From Candidatus Nanopelagicaceae bacterium (GTDB lineage Bacteria > Actinomycetota > Actinomycetes > Nanopelagicales > Nanopelagicaceae): a stretch of DNA of 55,129 nt. A program made the position numbers and the translations under genes. The stretch is from assembly GCA_947460855.1 (NCBI GenBank), contig CANHGU010000001.1, forward strand, positions 1 to 55,129, in the 5' to 3' direction. How positions within the stretch are numbered: position 1 is the first letter of the stretch; every line of letters starts with the position of its first letter. Shown piece by piece: positions 53,469 through 55,129 of this stretch. Below the pieces are notes generated by a model, which was given only the letters and a program-made list of their open reading frames with translations, searched no databases and was not told where the DNA came from.

Positions 53469-54872
53469 TTAGCGTTCGGTTAGTGCTTGAAGAATTGGTT
53501 CACTTAGCGAACTAACATCCCCCGCTCCTAATGTAATGATTACATCCCCACTCTTAGCCATTTGTACAATCTCAGAAACGACTTGGATCATAGAAGGTTC
53601 AAACTTAACTTGATCACTACTCATATTGCGAGCAATCATTAATGAAGAAACTCCAGCAATTGGATTCTCGCTCGCGGCATAGACCTCAAGTAAAAACGTA
53701 TAATCTGCATTTGAAAGAGCCTCGCTAAATTGTTTTGAAAATGCTGCTGTACGGGAGTAACGATGTGGTTGAAAAATAACCAGGACTCTGCCACTTTGTG
53801 CAAGATTTTTAGCTGCAGTTAAAGTTGCGATTATCTCTGTCGGGTGATGTCCATAGTCATCAATAACCTTTATGCCAGATACCTCTCCCTTTAATTCAAA
53901 TCTACGTCTTGTTCCAGTAAAGCTTTTAAGCCCGCTAAGTAATTTATCTTCAGGTGCCTTCAACATACTTGCCGCAGCAAAAGCAGCGAGGGCATTTAAC
54001 AAGTTGTGCTTACCAACAACTGAAAGATTCAACTCTCCTACCTTGCGACCAGTACTTAATAGTGCTGCGCTGGATGAAGTAGGGGCAAGATGAATGCGCT
54101 CAATCCGAAAATCGTTGCTTTCTTCCTCACCATACAGCAGTACTTTTAAGTCCTTTCGCGTAATACGAGAAAGTAGATTTTTAACACCAGAATCATCACC
54201 ACAAGCAACGAGAAATCCATTATCCTTGATTGAAGATATGAACTGCTCAAAAACTTCAAAAACTGCTTCTTCGTTAGCAAAATGATCAACATGATCTAAC
54301 TCAACATTAGTTATAATTGCCCCTGTTGGCTTGTAAGCTAAAAATGATCCATCTGATTCATCAGCCTCTGCGATAAAAACTGATCCACTTCCACTGTGAG
54401 CATTTGTTCCGGCAGTATTAATAGTTCCTCCGATAGCAAATGATGGATCTACACCAGCAGCTTGCAGCGCTACAGTCAACATTGCGGTTGTAGTTGTCTT
54501 ACCATGTGTGCCAGCAATAGCAATTGATGTTGAATCACTCATTAACCAAGCCAGGGCCTGCGCACGGGCGACTATTGGAATGCCTGCTTTTCTAGCTGCG
54601 ATCAATTCTGGGTTACTTTCAGAAATAGCTGCTGAAATAATCACAATCTGTGCCGATGCTAAATTTTCTTCAGCATGTCCAATTTGTATTGATGCACCAA
54701 GTGCTTTAAGTGAGGTCAACATCGGCGAATCATTTTTGTCTGAGCCAGAAACTGTAAAACCCTTAGCTAGCATAATTCGAGCAATCCCACTCATGCCTGA
54801 TCCACCAATGCCAATAAAGTGGATCTTAAGTTTTGCTAGTTCAACTATAGAATAATCAGATTTAGCGCTCAT
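53469..54872 (-). CDS. murC: UDP-N-acetylmuramate--L-alanine ligase
   Basis: HFIGIGGSGMSGIA, GTHGKTTT, EADESDGSF, DDYGHHPTE, FQPHRYSRT. Confidence 0.98.
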   Translation of the reverse strand: MSAKSDYSIVELAKLKIHFIGIGGSGMSGIARIMLAKGFTVSGSDKNDSPMLTSLKALGASIQIGHAEENLASAQIVIISAAISESNPELIAARKAGIPIVARAQALAWLMSDSTSIAIAGTHGKTTTTAMLTVALQAAGVDPSFAIGGTINTAGTNAHSGSGSVFIAEADESDGSFLAYKPTGAIITNVELDHVDHFANEEAVFEVFEQFISSIKDNGFLVACGDDSGVKNLLSRITRKDLKVLLYGEEESNDFRIERIHLAPTSSSAALLSTGRKVGELNLSVVGKHNLLNALAAFAAASMLKAPEDKLLSGLKSFTGTRRRFELKGEVSGIKVIDDYGHHPTEIIATLTAAKNLAQSGRVLVIFQPHRYSRTAAFSKQFSEALSNADYTFLLEVYAASENPIAGVSSLMIARNMSSDQVKFEPSMIQVVSEIVQMAKSGDVIITLGAGDVSSLSEPILQALTER

Positions 54873-55129
54873 CTACTTATCAATTCAATTGCTGATTTTC
54901 CAATAATCTCACTAGCTGATAATTGATCAACCGGTGATCCTTTATACCCTTTGGCATTTCGCCAAATCTCATCCCAGTTACTTAGCAACCAGCCTGAATT
55001 AAACTTATTATCATCAATAACTATCGCTGCGCCATCTGATTGTAGATCCAGCGCATTCATTGATTGTTCGCCATTTCCGATTGGAAGTGGGATAAGCACT
55101 GCATATTTTCTAACTGCAGCTAACTCAGC
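54869..55129 (-). CDS. murG: MurG glycosyltransferase, 3' end (partial)
   Basis: AELAAV..AVLIPLPIGNGEQ..NA motif; ATGA overlap with murC; runs off the window edge. Confidence 0.9.
   Translation of the reverse strand, partial: AELAAVRKYAVLIPLPIGNGEQSMNALDLQSDGAAIVIDDNKFNSGWLLSNWDEIWRNAKGYKGSPVDQLSASEIIGKSAIELISR

Overview
This window is a densely packed, low-GC (roughly 40% by eye) stretch of core chromosome from a genome-streamlined actinobacterium. The actinobacterial markers (rbpA, whiA, PriA-type isomerase, PdtaR-type ANTAR regulator, short-arm tRNA-Leu(CAA)), minimal intergenic DNA and many TAATG/ATGA overlaps fit freshwater acI (Nanopelagicales); that assignment is an inference. Most genes run on the minus strand: murG'-murC-ftsQ-ftsZ-pgeF-yggS-sepF-yggT, [ileS on +], dksA-like-lspA-rluD-dnaE-priA-trpE-(mini membrane protein)-trpC-trpB-trpA-DoxX-DsbA-lgt-VIT1-gltB-gltD-pyk-tRNA-Leu-pdtaR-livHMGF, [PaaI on +], polA-rpsA-coaE-uvrB-uvrA-uvrC-rapZ-yvcK-whiA-gap-pgk-tpiA-secG-rbpA, [pgi on +]. 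I saw no mobile elements, CRISPR arrays or defence islands, and no wholly new multi-gene system. The best signals look like products of reductive evolution: (1) an orphan PriA that has lost its his neighbours and its HisA-specific residues (candidate TrpF-only enzyme); (2) an uncalled 51-aa remnant of the trp-operon membrane protein; (3) lspA apparently starting at CUG; (4) divIVA missing from its conserved slot; (5) a tRNA ending 1 nt before the pdtaR ATG; (6) a structured gltB leader; (7) a perfect operator-like palindrome before a liv operon lacking its binding protein; (8) WhiA-like and FtsR-like sites at the ftsZ promoter; (9) frequent leaderless promoters.
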